Assembly (NCBI GenBank): GCA_036488585.1
Contig: DASXHH010000009.1
Coordinates: 366-64,365 of the forward strand
Direction of reading: 5' to 3'
Length of the DNA: 64,000 nt
Source of the DNA: Candidatus Saccharimonadia bacterium
Lineage (GTDB): Bacteria; Patescibacteriota; Saccharimonadia; UBA4664
The translations under genes and the position numbers were made by a program. Position 1 is the stretch's first letter. Each line of letters opens with the position of its first letter. Below are positions 17,776 through 29,249 of the stretch, piece after piece. Under the pieces are notes generated by a model. It did not search any database, was not told the DNA's origin, and was given only the letters and a program-made list of their open reading frames with translations.

Positions 17776-20640
17776 CTAGACGCGGGAGGGGGTTTTGGAG
17801 GTAGCAGGGGCGGACTTGGTGCCAGCCTCGAAGATGCGCTTGAGGTAGTGGCCGGTGTGGCTTTCGGCCACCCGCGCCACCTGCTCGGGCGTGCCTTGAG
17901 CGATAATCTGGCCGCCGCCGGAGCCGCCCTCTGGGCCCATGTCGATCAGCCAATCGGACGATTTGATGACGTCGAGGTTGTGCTCGATGATGAGCACCGA
18001 GTTGCCGGTGTCGACCAAGGCGTTTAGCACATGCAGTAGGCGGTTGACGTCCTCGAAGTGGAGGCCGGTGGTGGGCTCGTCGAGGATGTAGAGGGTGCGA
18101 CCGGTACTGCGGCGGGCCAGCTCGGTGGCCAGCTTGATACGCTGAGCCTCGCCACCGGAGAAGGTGGTGGCGGATTGGCCGAGGTGGATGTAGCCGAGGC
18201 CAACCTCGTTGAGCGTGGCAAATTTGCGGCGGATGGCGGGGATGTTCTCGAAGAACTTCACGGCCTCTTCCACGGTCATATCGAGCACGTCCGAGATGCT
18301 CTTGCCCTTGTATAGGATTTCCAGGGCTTCTCGGTTGTAACGCTTGCCCTTGCACTCTTCGCAGGTGACATAAACGTCGGGCAGGAAATGCATTTCGATC
18401 TTGATGATGCCGTCGCCACGGCAGAGCTCGCAGCGACCGCCTTTAACGTTGAAGCTAAAGCGGCCGGCCTTGTAGCCGCGGATTTTGGCCTCGGGGGTTT
18501 GGGCAAACAGCTCGCGGATGTCGGTGAAGACGCCGGTGTAGGTGGCGGGGTTAGAGCGCGGGGTGCGGCCGATGGGCGACTGGTCGACGGAGATGACCTT
18601 GTCGAGGTTTTTGAGGCCCTGGATTTCATCGTGACGCCCGGGTAGGTCACCGGCGCGGTGATATACCTGAGCTAGCTTTTTGGCCAGAATGTCGTTTACG
18701 AGGCTAGACTTGCCGGAGCCGGACACGCCGGTGACGGATACAAGCATGCCGAGCGGAATGCTGACGTCGACACCCTGGAGATTGTGCTCGCGGGCGTTCT
18801 TGACAATGAGTGATTTGCGGTTGCCGGTGCGTCGCTTGGCGGGAACGGGGATGGCTTTGGTGCCGCGCAGGTACTGGCCGGTGAGGCTATCTTCGACGGC
18901 GGCGACCTCGTCGGGGGTACCGGCGGCCACAACTTTGCCACCGTGCTCGCCGGCGGCAGGGCCGATATCGATGACATAGTCGGCCATGCGAATGGTGTCC
19001 TCGTCGTGCTCTACCACAATGACGGTGTTACCGAGGTCACGGAGGCGGCAGAGGGTGGCGATGAGGCGGTCGTTGTCGCGTTGGTGGAGGCCAATGCTGG
19101 GCTCGTCCAGGATGTAGAGCACGCCCATGAGGCTAGAGCCGATCTGGGTGGCCAGCCGGATGCGCTGAGCCTCGCCACCGGCCAGGGTGTTGGCGGAACG
19201 GTCGAGGGTGAGGTACTCGAGGCCGACGTCCTTGAGGAAGTCGAGACGAGCGCAAATTTCTTTGAGGATCTGGCGAGCAATTTGGGCCTCACGCGGACCG
19301 AGGTCGAGGGATTCGAACAGCTTGGTGGCCTCGCCAATGGAGAGCTGAGTCAGGTCAACGATGGACTTGCCGCCGACCGTCACGGCCAGAATTTCGGGCT
19401 TGAGGCGTTTGCCATGGCAGACCGGGCATTCGCGCTCGGCCATGTATTTCTCGATTTCTTTGCGGACAAAATCGGAGTCGGTTTCGTGGTAACGACGCTC
19501 CATGTTGGGTATCACACCCTCATAGGTGGTGCGGTAGGTGCGGCCGCCGGGACCACGCATGGAGATTTCGGTGTCACCAGCGCCGTAGAGCACCACACGC
19601 AGGTCGGCAGGTTTCATTTCGGAGACCGGGGCGTCGAGGGAGAAGCCGAAGGATTTGGCCACCCCTTCGAGCAACTTGACATACCAGTTCATGCGGCTGG
19701 TGGTCTTGGCCCACGGACGGATGGCGCCTTCGGACAGCGTAAGGCGGCGGTTGGGGATGACCAGCTCAGGGTCAACTTCGAGGCGGGATCCCAGGCCGGT
19801 GCAGTGCGGGCAGGCGCCGTGCGGCGAGTTGAAGGAGAAGTTGCGCGGGGCGATGTCGGGCAGCGATACCTCCCGGTGGACCGGACAGGCGTAATGCTCG
19901 GAATAGACCTGCTCCAACCCGGTGTCGGCTTGGAGCACCTTCACGATGCCGTCGCCGAGGTTTAAGGCCTGCTCGAGCGATTCAGTGAGGCGCTGGCGAA
20001 TTTCGAGGTCAACGGCCACGCGGTCGGCCACGGCCTCCACGGTATGCTTCTTTTGTTTGTCGAGTGCCGGAAATTCATCGATGCTGGTGATGGTTCCATC
20101 CACGCGCACGCGGGTGAAGCCGGCCTTTTTGAGTTCGGCCACCACGCCGCGGTGCTCACCTTTTTTGTCGTCGATAACGGGCGCCAGCAGCATAATACGA
20201 GTGCCTGCTGGCAATTCGAGGATTTGGTCGACGATTTGGGCGGGGGTTTGGCGAGTCACTTCGCGGCCGCAAATTGGGCAGTGCGGCACGCCCACCCGCG
20301 CGTAGAGCAGACGGAGGTAGTCGTACACCTCGGTGACGGTGCCGACGGTGGAGCGGGGATTGCGAGAGCTGGATTTTTGGTCGATAGAGATGGCGGGGCT
20401 AAGGCCGTCGATTTGGTCGACGTCGGGTTTCTCCATGAGGCCGAGGAATTGGCGGGCGTAGGCCGAGAGCGACTCCACGTAACGGCGTTGACCTTCCGCG
20501 TAGATGGTGTCGAATGCGAGCGATGATTTGCCGGAGCCGGACAGACCGGTGATTACTACAAGTTGGTCGCGCGGAATCTCGACATCAATGTTCTTGAGAT
20601 TATGTTCTCGCGCACCGCGCACTACGATCTTGTCTGTCAT
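17776..20640 (-). CDS. uvrA: excinuclease ABC subunit A
   Basis: Two ABC ATPase modules ([14 protein letters not shown]; [14 protein letters not shown]), zinc-finger CxxC motifs, and two signature motifs ([16 protein letters not shown]). Start at MTDKIVV with a GGGGAGG Shine-Dalgarno. Confidence 0.95.
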   Translation of the reverse strand: MTDKIVVRGAREHNLKNIDVEIPRDQLVVITGLSGSGKSSLAFDTIYAEGQRRYVESLSAYARQFLGLMEKPDVDQIDGLSPAISIDQKSSSRNPRSTVGTVTEVYDYLRLLYARVGVPHCPICGREVTRQTPAQIVDQILELPAGTRIMLLAPVIDDKKGEHRGVVAELKKAGFTRVRVDGTITSIDEFPALDKQKKHTVEAVADRVAVDLEIRQRLTESLEQALNLGDGIVKVLQADTGLEQVYSEHYACPVHREVSLPDIAPRNFSFNSPHGACPHCTGLGSRLEVDPELVIPNRRLTLSEGAIRPWAKTTSRMNWYVKLLEGVAKSFGFSLDAPVSEMKPADLRVVLYGAGDTEISMRGPGGRTYRTTYEGVIPNMERRYHETDSDFVRKEIEKYMAERECPVCHGKRLKPEILAVTVGGKSIVDLTQLSIGEATKLFESLDLGPREAQIARQILKEICARLDFLKDVGLEYLTLDRSANTLAGGEAQRIRLATQIGSSLMGVLYILDEPSIGLHQRDNDRLIATLCRLRDLGNTVIVVEHDEDTIRMADYVIDIGPAAGEHGGKVVAAGTPDEVAAVEDSLTGQYLRGTKAIPVPAKRRTGNRKSLIVKNAREHNLQGVDVSIPLGMLVSVTGVSGSGKSSLVNDILAKKLAQVYHRAGDLPGRHDEIQGLKNLDKVISVDQSPIGRTPRSNPATYTGVFTDIRELFAQTPEAKIRGYKAGRFSFNVKGGRCELCRGDGIIKIEMHFLPDVYVTCEECKGKRYNREALEILYKGKSISDVLDMTVEEAVKFFENIPAIRRKFATLNEVGLGYIHLGQSATTFSGGEAQRIKLATELARRSTGRTLYILDEPTTGLHFEDVNRLLHVLNALVDTGNSVLIIEHNLDVIKSSDWLIDMGPEGGSGGGQIIAQGTPEQVARVAESHTGHYLKRIFEAGTKSAPATSKTPSRV

Positions 20641-20767
20641 AGGCCTCCCCACCCCGAGCCAGAGCTCGGTATTACGAGGTGGAATTGTACACAAAAATTG
20701 CACGTTTGGCAATCCTGAAAGGCGCCAAAAGACACCGCTAGCAAGGTAGCGGCAATTGGCTATTTTC

Positions 20768-20796
20768 TTGACATTTCATCTTAAAGATTGTAATAT
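20768..20796 (+). promoter_or_regulatory. consensus sigma70-type promoter: TTGACA - 17 nt - TAATAT
   Basis: Exact -35 hexamer, 17-nt spacer and near-consensus -10 in the AT-rich divergent region. It would give a ~75-nt leader to ATG 20876 (SD ATAGGAGG). Confidence 0.6.
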
Positions 20797-20875
20797 GTAT
20801 TAACTCCAGCGATGTCTTTTGTGCTCGCTCGAGCGATCCTCTGAACATCCAATTCGAGACCTCTGATAGGAGGCA

Positions 20876-21901
20876 ATGATGCACGCAGAAACGAAACAGC
20901 CTGTGCCCTTGTGGCTCAGCATCTTTGACGAAAGCAAGACCGTTCGGAACTGGTTCAAGTGCGCGATCATCTTGTATGGGGCGGCTGTGTACCTGTTCCT
21001 GATCTTCGCCATCCATACCGGCCGCCCCGAGTTCGCCGTTCTTGGTGAGCTCATGGCATCCAACCTACCCGTGAATCTCATGGGATGGCTATATGAAGAC
21101 CGTGGCGAGTGGACCATAGAGTGCTACGATGGCGTGCGGCGAAATCAGCTCCAACGCCGCCTCGACCCGAGGGTCCAGTCATGGGCCTTCCTCGCCGACC
21201 TGGTGGGGGTGGCGCCAATGCTAGCGTTCGCGGCACTTACCTATCCGCACCTGCCCCACTTCATCCTGTTCAACGGGGCGTGGTGGGCCCAGGCGCTGTG
21301 GGTGGTGCTACCGGTGGCTCCAGCGATCTTCGGCTCGTGGAGCTTCCGGAAGGGTGAGACCGACGAGTACGATCCCCTTCGGTACTTCTCGTTCACTAAG
21401 TTGCTCCACAACGGGGTCGCTTTCAGCGTGCTATTCGCCGTCATCATCCACGTGCTGCCGATGCTCTTTACGGGGCTGATCTTCAGTCTGGTGACAGGAC
21501 ACTACCTGGTGGCCCTATGGGCGAGCCTCGGCCTGCTCGGGTTGGCCATCTGGGGAGCGGCGGCGTTTGGCGACGGCAAGCGGGGCGAGACCAGTCGCTA
21601 TCCGCTGGTAGCGAAACTGCTGCACCGGCAAGTGGACAAATGGGGACGAGGGCTCCCTGAGGAGATCACCGATATCCCAACCATGGCGGGGTTCTGGAAG
21701 GAGGACCCTGCTCGTGCTTCCATCTGGACGGACGTGTTCCATACCAGAAAGCTCATGCCGCGAATCCAGCGGCTGAGAGGACGGAAGCAAGAGCAGTACG
21801 ATCCGGTCCCATCCGGTACCAATCAGGAGCTGTCTCCGACCGACTACGACGAGCGCCAGCCACAAGAGTGGACGGGCGACGGGCCCAATAAGCCGGGCTA
21901 G
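20876..21901 (+). CDS. hypothetical polytopic membrane protein (341 aa), Trp-rich
   Basis: Multiple hydrophobic helices and a hydrophilic acidic C-terminus. No recognisable family. Confidence 0.6.
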   Translation: MMHAETKQPVPLWLSIFDESKTVRNWFKCAIILYGAAVYLFLIFAIHTGRPEFAVLGELMASNLPVNLMGWLYEDRGEWTIECYDGVRRNQLQRRLDPRVQSWAFLADLVGVAPMLAFAALTYPHLPHFILFNGAWWAQALWVVLPVAPAIFGSWSFRKGETDEYDPLRYFSFTKLLHNGVAFSVLFAVIIHVLPMLFTGLIFSLVTGHYLVALWASLGLLGLAIWGAAAFGDGKRGETSRYPLVAKLLHRQVDKWGRGLPEEITDIPTMAGFWKEDPARASIWTDVFHTRKLMPRIQRLRGRKQEQYDPVPSGTNQELSPTDYDERQPQEWTGDGPNKPG

Positions 21902-21926
21902 CAGCAATCAAGTTCAGAGGGTCATG

Positions 21927-21969
21927 GCGATCTCCGGGCGTTTCGCGCAAGCGGCGCCCGGAGATCGCA
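21927..21969 (+). terminator. 14-bp perfect stem-loop (GCGATCTCCGGGCG...CGCCCGGAGATCGC) after gene 20876-21901
   Basis: Perfect inverted repeat 25 nt after the stop. A T-run (GGGTGTTTTTTG) follows about 35 nt later. Confidence 0.55.
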
Positions 21970-22252
21970 ACCCCAGACTTAAATCGCACCCTACTTGATG
22001 TTGGGTGTTTTTTGTTATATAAAATGCGTGACCACAGATTGCATGATCTGGAAGCCCGGCTGGTCCTCGAACCAGATCCGGATGCAGTTTGCCGGCTGGG
22101 GCCCATTGCTCTGAGTTCAGGCAGCATACCTCAACGTGGACAGCCTCGAACGCCGCATATGTGACGTTCGACGGGTTGAGCGTCCAGCCGCCGAATCTGA
22201 ACGTATGCCCGCTATCGGTGACAACCTGCTGCGGGACACCCCGACATAGTAA

Positions 22253-22284
22253 AGCCCAGCCGCGAAGGCTGGGCGTTTTTTTGT
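22253..22284 (+). terminator. rho-independent terminator (GCCCAGCC-gcgaa-GGCTGGGC-GTTTTTTTG) closing a ~250-nt non-coding transcript
   Basis: 8-bp GC stem, 5-nt loop and a 7-T run. No protein-coding gene lies upstream on the + strand. Confidence 0.8.
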
Positions 22285-22303
22285 TATGGGGATAATTTCG
22301 TGA

Positions 22304-22352
22304 CGCCGGCCCGTCACCGCAGCGTAGGATAGCTGCGGTGACGGGCCGGGCG
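22304..22352. terminator. ~20-bp near-perfect stem-loop downstream of minus-strand gene 22370-23293
   Basis: GACGCCGGCCCGTCACCGCAGC-gtaggata-GCTGCGGTGACGGGCCGGGCGCC. No T-run, so a hairpin-only terminator. Confidence 0.55.
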
Positions 22353-22369
22353 CCGTACGGGTTGGCGGC

Positions 22370-23293
22370 TCAGGCCGTCGGGTGGAGCTGGGTCTCAAAG
22401 TGCGGGCGCACCTTCTTGACGAGCGCGTCGCGAATGGCGTCGCGGTCGGCCAGCAGGGTGCCGTGGGCAGAGCCGTCGTACTCGAACGCCAGCAGCCCGG
22501 GGTAGCTCCTGCTAGCTTCCCGGACCGACCGGTCGACGAGCACGACCTTGTCCAGGCTCTTGCCGTGGTGCTTGCGGAGGTTGAGGGTCACAACGTGACT
22601 CCCCGCCTCCGGCATGCGCCTGCCAAGGCCCTGGTAGAGGGCGATGAACTGGGCGTTTTGCAGCACCCACGGCGAATTCCTGGCTGCCCAGCGCATGTGC
22701 TTGAGCAATGCCCTTAGCTCGGTGCGGTCACCCTTCCAGTTGCGCTCCACGCGGTTCATTTCGTCCTGGGCCAACTTGGTGCCGAACCGCCGCGACAAAC
22801 CAATGCCGCGATGGGGGCTTAGCCACAGCGAGGCCGAAACGGCCATACGCTGCACGAGGCTAAGGAACTTGGCGGTCGGAGGGACCTCGGCCAGCACGAA
22901 CCCGATGCCGTCGTGACCGTGAGCGGCCACGTCGCGGCGGTAGGTCTGGTTGAGCTCCATGCCGCCACACGACCAGCCGACGTAAATCCGGCTACTACTG
23001 AGTTCTCGGCAAAGCCGGTCGGCCTCAGCGATGACGGCGGCGTGGAACGCCTTCTCGTGGCCGGGCCGGATGTGGCCGGTCACGATGAGACTGTCTTCGG
23101 GGTGGAGCTCGGGGATAAACCCGAACGCGCTCCAAGGTGCAATGCCTTTGCTCGGAAGGTTTCCGGTGGCGTGCACACAGGGGTCCATGAAGTACCCCGC
23201 CGCGACGATCCAGACCTTGCCGTGCTTGCCGCCAATGGGCTCGCCCGGGTACACAGCCAGGATCGGGTGGGTGGGAACCGTAGTGTAGGCCAT
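22370..23293 (-). CDS. alpha/beta-hydrolase fold protein (esterase/thioesterase-like), GWSCG nucleophile elbow
   Basis: GxSxG-type motif IYVGWSCGGMEL with His/Asp-containing C-terminal region. Confidence 0.6.
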   Translation of the reverse strand: MAYTTVPTHPILAVYPGEPIGGKHGKVWIVAAGYFMDPCVHATGNLPSKGIAPWSAFGFIPELHPEDSLIVTGHIRPGHEKAFHAAVIAEADRLCRELSSSRIYVGWSCGGMELNQTYRRDVAAHGHDGIGFVLAEVPPTAKFLSLVQRMAVSASLWLSPHRGIGLSRRFGTKLAQDEMNRVERNWKGDRTELRALLKHMRWAARNSPWVLQNAQFIALYQGLGRRMPEAGSHVVTLNLRKHHGKSLDKVVLVDRSVREASRSYPGLLAFEYDGSAHGTLLADRDAIRDALVKKVRPHFETQLHPTA

Positions 23294-23449
23294 CTGGCCT
23301 CACATCCCTTCGGAATCGAGGCCTGGTGTGGCCAAATATCAAACCGTACGACTGTCTTACGACTGAACTATTATACCATTTTATTCTGGTTTGGTCAATT
23401 TAGCGGTTATGGTTGAAGCGGTAAGGGTAAAGCAGGTAGCATAATAGTA

Positions 23450-24286
23450 ATGATCCGACACACCGTTACCATTCAGGGCAAGCAGGTATCGTATTGGGAG
23501 CGTAACCCCCACTTGCCCGTCACCATAGTGGCCCTGCATGGATTTCGCGGCAACCATAAGGGCCTCACCGAAATGTCCCAGCATCTGCAGGGCTACCGGG
23601 TGATCGTGCCGGACCTGCCGGGGTACGGGGAGTCGGAGGCGCTGGACGTGCCCCATACGCTGACAAATTACGCCGGATGGCTGGACCAGTTTGTGGGCGC
23701 GCTGGAACTAGAAGAATGGGTGAGCTGGAGCCATTCGTACAGCGGCTCAATTGCGCTCATTCAGGCCACCGAGGGTAAGCACCCGCCGGTGGCGGCGGTG
23801 AGCGTGTCACTGGCTGACGTGCGCCGTGATTTGGCCAGCGCTGCTAGCACGATCTACTACTGGCTGGGTCAATATCTGCCCCGGCGGTGGATCACGAGCC
23901 GCACGATTGATCACGCGGCCGGACGGTGGCTGTTTATGACGGTGACGCCGCGCCGCCGCAAAGTACTCCAGAAGCGGGGTGAGCGCAATTTGCCCATCTT
24001 GAACGCGAAGGTGGTGATTGAAGAATATCTGAGCTCAATGAGCACGCCGCTCGAGCCTTATGCGCGGCGACTAGAAATTCCGATGCTAATAATTGCTGGA
24101 GCCAAGGATGCGATCGTGCCACGACGCCGGCTAGAGAGATTGGTGACCCTAATGCCCAAGGGCTCGATACTGGTTATGCCAGACCAAGGCCATCTGGCGC
24201 CCATCGAGCGGCCGGCCGCTACCGCCACACTTACGAAGCGGTATCTAAGCGAACAGGCCGCTCTGGCGCGGCATCCCCGGTACTAA
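23450..24286 (+). CDS. alpha/beta hydrolase (278 aa)
   Basis: VTIVALHGFRGNHKG and WSHSYSGSIAL (GxSxG-like) with a C-terminal GHLAPIERP His region. Confidence 0.75.
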   Translation: MIRHTVTIQGKQVSYWERNPHLPVTIVALHGFRGNHKGLTEMSQHLQGYRVIVPDLPGYGESEALDVPHTLTNYAGWLDQFVGALELEEWVSWSHSYSGSIALIQATEGKHPPVAAVSVSLADVRRDLASAASTIYYWLGQYLPRRWITSRTIDHAAGRWLFMTVTPRRRKVLQKRGERNLPILNAKVVIEEYLSSMSTPLEPYARRLEIPMLIIAGAKDAIVPRRRLERLVTLMPKGSILVMPDQGHLAPIERPAATATLTKRYLSEQAALARHPRY

Positions 24287-24610
24287 ATTATTGACCGGGA
24301 GTACCCGTAGGTGCGCGAGGATGACTCCGCGGCGCGCTGGGTTGCTGCCAGGTTCGAGGATTCTCGGCGAACCCTAGCCGCCTCACCCTCTAGCTCGCGG
24401 GCGGCTCGGTCCAGGTCCGAGGATTGCCGGCGCATGTCATCGGCCTGTCGCTCCAGGTCATAGGCTGTTCTGTCCAGATCTCGTGGGTCCATATATCGCC
24501 CCTCCTTTAGTGAGGTCGGCTCATTATAGGGGAATCGCGGGGACCATCATTGGGTATTATGCCAAGATGGTAGGGTTGGTGCTGGCATTTTGCACAAGCG
24601 CTCGACCGAG

Positions 24611-26614
24611 CTAGCGACCGCGGACGGCTTTGCGAGGCTTGCGGGTAGCAGTACCGCCGAGCTCTTCGATCTGATCGCGCAAAGCTGCGGCTTTTTCGAA
24701 CTGGAGGTTTTCGGCGGCCATTTGCATCTGCTGAGTGAGCTCGGCGATGAGACGACCCCGCTCTTCTTTGGGAATGTCCTCGGGATGAATATCTTTAACG
24801 TCGGCTTTTTCGGCGGCTTCGGCGGTGCGCATACGCTCTCCCATCGCCTTCTTGATGCCTTCCGGTGTAATGCCGTGCTCTCGGTTGTAGGCCTCCTGGA
24901 TCTGCCGGCGGTGAGTGGTGGTGTCGATGGCCACACGCATGGCCGCGGTAGTGCGGTCGGCGTACATAATGACACGGCCCTCCACGTGGCGAGCGGCGCG
25001 GCCGATGGTCTGGATAAGGGCCGCTTCGCCGCGCAGGAAGCCTTCTTTGTCGGCGTCGAGGATGGCCACAAGCGACACCTCGGGCAGGTCGAGGCCCTCT
25101 CGCAAAAGGTTAATACCCACCAGCACGTCATACACGCCGGCGCGTAGGTCTTGCAAAATGTCGACACGGTCGAGGGTGTTGACCTCGGAATGCAGGTACT
25201 GGACCTTGATGCCGAGCTCCTGGAGGTACTCGGTGAGATCCTCGGACATGCGCTTGGTGAGGGTGGTAACGAGCACGCGCTGGCCCTTAGCGATGGTGGC
25301 GCGGATCTCGGCGATGAGGTCGTCGACCTGACCGCGTACCGGCCGCACGTCGATGGCCGGGTCGAGCAGGCCGGTGGGCCGGATTACTTGCTCTACCACC
25401 TGCGAGCTACGTGACAGCTCTAATTCGGCCGGTGTGGCCGACACGTAGACGGCTTGGTTGAGGTGGCGGTCGAATTCGGCGAACTTGAGCGGCCGGTTGT
25501 CGAGTGCGCTGGGCAAGCGGAAGCCGTATTCCACTAGGGTCTCCTTGCGGGCGCGATCGCCGTTGTACATGCCGCGCACCTGGGGCAAGGTGATGTGAGA
25601 TTCATCCACGAACAGCAGGAAGTCGTCGGGGAAGTAGTCGAGCAAGGTGGCGGGCTGTTCACCGGGCTCGCGTTCGGACAGGAAGCGGGAGTAGTTTTCG
25701 ATACCAGGTACCATGCCGGTCTCTTGGAGCATTTCCATATCGAACTTGGTGCGCTGCTTGAGGCGCTGGGCTTCAAGGTTTTTGCCGGCGGCTTCGAGCT
25801 GGAGTAGGCGGGCGTCGAGTTCCTCGCCGATCTTGGCGACGGCGCGCTGCAATTTTTCCTGGGGAGTGACGTAATGTTTGGCGGGAAAAACCTTAAGCTC
25901 GGAGCGGTCCTCTCCCACCTCGCCGGTGAGCGGGTCGACCGGACGGATGCGCTCAAGCTCGTCGCCAAAGAATTCCAGACGGTAGGCCTGCTCTTCGCCA
26001 ATCGGCCAGACGTCTACAACATCGCCGCGCACGCGGAATTTGCCGCGGGTGAAGTCGATGTCGTTGCGCTGATACTGGATGTCGGTAAGATGGCGGATCA
26101 TTTTGTCACGGAGGCGGGTTTGGCCTACCTTCACGTCGACGGTCATGGTGGTGTAGTCGGAAACGTTGCCGAGTCCGTAGATACAGCTCACAGAAGCCAC
26201 GATCAACACATCGCGACGCGTAAGCAGGCTCATGGTAGCGGCGTGGCGCAAGCGGTCGATTTCCTCGTTGATGGAACTGTCTTTCTCGATAAACGTGTCG
26301 GAGCGCGGAATGTAGGCCTCGGGTTGGTAGTAATCGTAATAACTCACAAAATATTGAACGGCATTGTCCGGGAAAAACTGCTTGAACTCGCCATAAAGCT
26401 GGGCGGCCAAGGTTTTGTTGTGGGACAGCACCAGAGTGGGCCGCTGAAGCTCTTGCACGATGTTGGCCATGGTGAAGGTCTTGCCGGAACCGGTCACACC
26501 CAAGAGAGTTTGCTCGCGATCGCCATGCTTAAGCCCGGCCACCAGCTGCTCGATGGCTTTGGGCTGGTCGCCGGCGGGGGCATAGTTGCTAACAAGTCTA
26601 AACTTTTGGTTCAT
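24611..26614 (-). CDS. uvrB: excinuclease ABC subunit B
   Basis: Helicase motifs ([16 protein letters not shown]), beta-hairpin region, and C-terminal UVR domain ([28 protein letters not shown]). Start at MNQKF. Confidence 0.95.
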   Translation of the reverse strand: MNQKFRLVSNYAPAGDQPKAIEQLVAGLKHGDREQTLLGVTGSGKTFTMANIVQELQRPTLVLSHNKTLAAQLYGEFKQFFPDNAVQYFVSYYDYYQPEAYIPRSDTFIEKDSSINEEIDRLRHAATMSLLTRRDVLIVASVSCIYGLGNVSDYTTMTVDVKVGQTRLRDKMIRHLTDIQYQRNDIDFTRGKFRVRGDVVDVWPIGEEQAYRLEFFGDELERIRPVDPLTGEVGEDRSELKVFPAKHYVTPQEKLQRAVAKIGEELDARLLQLEAAGKNLEAQRLKQRTKFDMEMLQETGMVPGIENYSRFLSEREPGEQPATLLDYFPDDFLLFVDESHITLPQVRGMYNGDRARKETLVEYGFRLPSALDNRPLKFAEFDRHLNQAVYVSATPAELELSRSSQVVEQVIRPTGLLDPAIDVRPVRGQVDDLIAEIRATIAKGQRVLVTTLTKRMSEDLTEYLQELGIKVQYLHSEVNTLDRVDILQDLRAGVYDVLVGINLLREGLDLPEVSLVAILDADKEGFLRGEAALIQTIGRAARHVEGRVIMYADRTTAAMRVAIDTTTHRRQIQEAYNREHGITPEGIKKAMGERMRTAEAAEKADVKDIHPEDIPKEERGRLIAELTQQMQMAAENLQFEKAAALRDQIEELGGTATRKPRKAVRGR

Positions 26615-26773
26615 TCGAGTAATTATAGCAGTTATTTGACATACCTGGTGATAAGTTTTATTCCAGTGCCAGATTGGGACAACACCCAATGTGCTGGCAA
26701 CTATGGACAAGTAGCGTGACCTCGGCACTAAGCCAAGAAGCAGCAAGCTTGAAAATTCGGAAGGAGCTGCCGC

Positions 26774-27601
26774 ATGGATACCCAGCTACTTACCCGTATA
26801 GAGCGCCCGCCCCGGCTGACCGTTGGCATACCAACGCGCAACGAGGAGAACACTATCGCGGTAGTGCTGAGCGACCTAGCTGCGGCGCTACGGAGAGAGC
26901 CGTCGCAGCTAATGGTGCTCGACGACAGCGACGACGACACGCCCGCTCAGGTACAAAGCGCTGTCTTCACAGAGCGAATCGGGGGACATCAGGTGGCGCT
27001 GCTGCACCGCGAGCGTGACGAGCGCAAAGGTGGACTCGCCTCCGAGGTACTACTCGGCCTCGAGATCGCCGGCCAGCAGGACGGTATGAAGTACTTCGCG
27101 CTCATGGACGGCGACGGCCAGCACGACCCGAAGGCCATTACCGACATGCTAGTTAAGATCGAGGAGACCGGCGCCGACATCGTGATCGCCAGCCGCTACA
27201 TCGAGGGTGGCCGGGCGACGGGCCTGAGTCCGGTCCGGGAGGTAGTGTCGCGAGCAGTAACACTACTCACTCGAGCCATTTTCCCGAAGCGGCTGGCCGG
27301 CGTGACTGACGTGGCCAGCGGCATGTTCATGGTGCGGCTGAAGTCGGTCGACACCAGGCCTGTATACGCCGATGGCTTTAAGATCCTGCTATCTCTGCTA
27401 GTCACGCACGACTGGTCCAAGGCCGAGGTAGCTTACGTATTCCGCGACCGGATCGCGGGCGAGAGTAAGGCCGGAGCCGCCGAGGGACTAAAGTTCCTGC
27501 GGCTGGTGGGCGCCCTGCGGCTGCGGTCGTGGCGCGAGCGCAGCCGGCAAGCGACAGAGAGGCTCTTCAAAGAGAGCATGAGCATCAAATCCCTCTTCTG
27601 A
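26774..27601 (+). CDS. GT2 polyprenol-phosphate sugar synthase (DPM1/GtrB/ArnC-like)
   Basis: [18 protein letters not shown] and MDGDGQHDP motifs typical of dolichol/undecaprenol-phosphate glycosyltransferases. GGAAGGAG Shine-Dalgarno. Confidence 0.8.
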   Translation: MDTQLLTRIERPPRLTVGIPTRNEENTIAVVLSDLAAALRREPSQLMVLDDSDDDTPAQVQSAVFTERIGGHQVALLHRERDERKGGLASEVLLGLEIAGQQDGMKYFALMDGDGQHDPKAITDMLVKIEETGADIVIASRYIEGGRATGLSPVREVVSRAVTLLTRAIFPKRLAGVTDVASGMFMVRLKSVDTRPVYADGFKILLSLLVTHDWSKAEVAYVFRDRIAGESKAGAAEGLKFLRLVGALRLRSWRERSRQATERLFKESMSIKSLF

Positions 27602-27612
27602 CATCAGGAAGG

Positions 27613-29058
27613 ATGACAATGAAGAGTAAATGGTGGGTATCGCTACTGATACCGGCAGCGGCAGCGGTGCTAGTGACAAGTGCGCCGCCAGCCCAGGCCG
27701 GGATCGCCCAGCTCACTCGTTACCCCTACCTGACCGACGTGGTGCCGGCAGGTAGTACGGACAATGCAACGGTGAACTTCGCCACCGACCAAACAGTCAC
27801 TGCAGCCTACGCGACCATCGGACCGGTTGGCTCGTGCACAGGTACCAACCGCACGGGATCGAAGACCGCGATAGTCGTTAACGGCAAAGGTGAGTACCAG
27901 TGGAAGGTAAGGTTCACCGGACTAGCAGCCGCTTCAAATTACTGCTACCGGCTGCGGGCCGGAAGTCCAACGGCGCCCGGTCCTGATCTTCTGGGTACTG
28001 ACCCGTCACCGGTATTTATGGCTCCGGGCGGTAGCACCTCGTTCCAATTCGCCGTGATGGGCGACTGGGGCGATACAAACGCCGACGGATCCAACGCAGC
28101 TCAGGCCAGCCTGGACCAGCAGATCGCCTCTAGCGGCGCGCAATTTATGTTCGGCACCGGCGACACGGCCTACAACAGCGGCTCGCAATCGAACTACGGC
28201 GACCTGTTCCAGACCGGTTACCGGATTTCGGATGTGTTCCGGCAATCGTTCTTCGGGCAGGTTGGCGACCATATTCCGATATACAACGCGCTCGGCAACC
28301 ACGGAATGAGCTCCACCTTCCTGAATGTGTGGCCAGAGCCCTCGGCGCCATCGCTCTCTGGCGGGCGCTACCAGATGGACGCGTTCCCAAGTATCAACGG
28401 CTCGACAGCCGCGAGCTACCCGAGCGCATGGTACGCGTTCAGCGTGGGGTCAGCACGATTTTATGTACTGACAGCAGCCTGGGCCAACAGCAATGTTGGT
28501 ACAGGCAACATCTACAGCGACGACTACACGGCCCACTGGACCACCAACGCCGCTGAGTACCAGTGGCTAGCCGCAGATCTGGCAGCGCATCCTGGCGGAC
28601 TTAAGTTCGTATTCATGCACCTGCCGATGTACTCCGATTCCAGTACCGAGCACGCCGATACGTACTTGCACTCGGGCTCCACCGCCATGACGGACGCAAC
28701 GGGTGGCGTGGCCGCGCTGCTGTCCCAATACGGTGTGGATATCGTGTTCAACGGCCACGCTCATATATACGAGCGCAACTCCCGGTATCAGAGCGAGAGT
28801 TTCGTGTCGTACGTGACGGGCGGAGGTGGAAGCGTCCTCGAGCCGGTGGGAACCGGCGGGTGCGGCACCTACGATGCGTACGCCATCGGATGGTCGCCGA
28901 CTGCGCTCAAGGGCTACAAGTGCGGGGCAGCCATCGCGCCGAGTTCCGCCAGCCAGGTGTACCACTTCCTGCTCGTGAGCGTAAAAGGGCTAACCGTTTC
29001 GGTCACGCCGACGGCCTCTACGGGTCAGACCTTTGACGTCCAGACCTACTCCTTCTAG
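27613..29058 (+). CDS. secreted purple-acid-phosphatase-like metallophosphoesterase with N-terminal beta-sandwich domain
   Basis: Signal peptide, then the calcineurin-like motif series GDWGD, GDTAYN, GNHG and GHAHIYER. Confidence 0.75.
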   Translation: MTMKSKWWVSLLIPAAAAVLVTSAPPAQAGIAQLTRYPYLTDVVPAGSTDNATVNFATDQTVTAAYATIGPVGSCTGTNRTGSKTAIVVNGKGEYQWKVRFTGLAAASNYCYRLRAGSPTAPGPDLLGTDPSPVFMAPGGSTSFQFAVMGDWGDTNADGSNAAQASLDQQIASSGAQFMFGTGDTAYNSGSQSNYGDLFQTGYRISDVFRQSFFGQVGDHIPIYNALGNHGMSSTFLNVWPEPSAPSLSGGRYQMDAFPSINGSTAASYPSAWYAFSVGSARFYVLTAAWANSNVGTGNIYSDDYTAHWTTNAAEYQWLAADLAAHPGGLKFVFMHLPMYSDSSTEHADTYLHSGSTAMTDATGGVAALLSQYGVDIVFNGHAHIYERNSRYQSESFVSYVTGGGGSVLEPVGTGGCGTYDAYAIGWSPTALKGYKCGAAIAPSSASQVYHFLLVSVKGLTVSVTPTASTGQTFDVQTYSF

Positions 29059-29249
29059 GTGAAGGGGCAATGATTGGCGAAGCGGCGGCATAGAAACTGC
29101 CGCTTCGCCAACACTTTTTTGTAATTATTTCCAAATATACACCCCGCGGGCGTTGGTACGATGACGCCACCGTTTTCGGCAATAGCTCATTGAGAATATG
29201 GCAAAAAACAACCTTGGGACGATCGTCCCCACTTGCCCCCGGAGGCAAA

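Noticed and set aside
20641-20712. N-terminal extensions of raw ORFs for uvrA (20641-20712), uvrB (26615-26746), rpe (57198-57368), ppa (60498-60659), galU (63123-63194) and the polyprenyl synthase (10077-10247)
   Set aside because: Conserved protein N-termini (MTDKIVV, MNQKF, MASVAPTIL, MSYPF, MPKKVTK, MPHLT) begin at internal ATGs preceded by Shine-Dalgarno sequences. The upstream stretches are low-complexity, so they are read-through of the open frame rather than coding.
22089-22295. 68-aa ORF inside the candidate sRNA region
   Set aside because: It has no SD, runs straight through a strong intrinsic terminator, and shows no coding periodicity. The non-coding interpretation is preferred.
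24283-24492. 69-aa coiled-coil-like ORF between a hydrolase gene and uvrB
   Set aside because: It is low-complexity (R/E/D/A-rich) with no SD, and lies in the 3' UTR region of convergent genes. Evidence is insufficient to call it.
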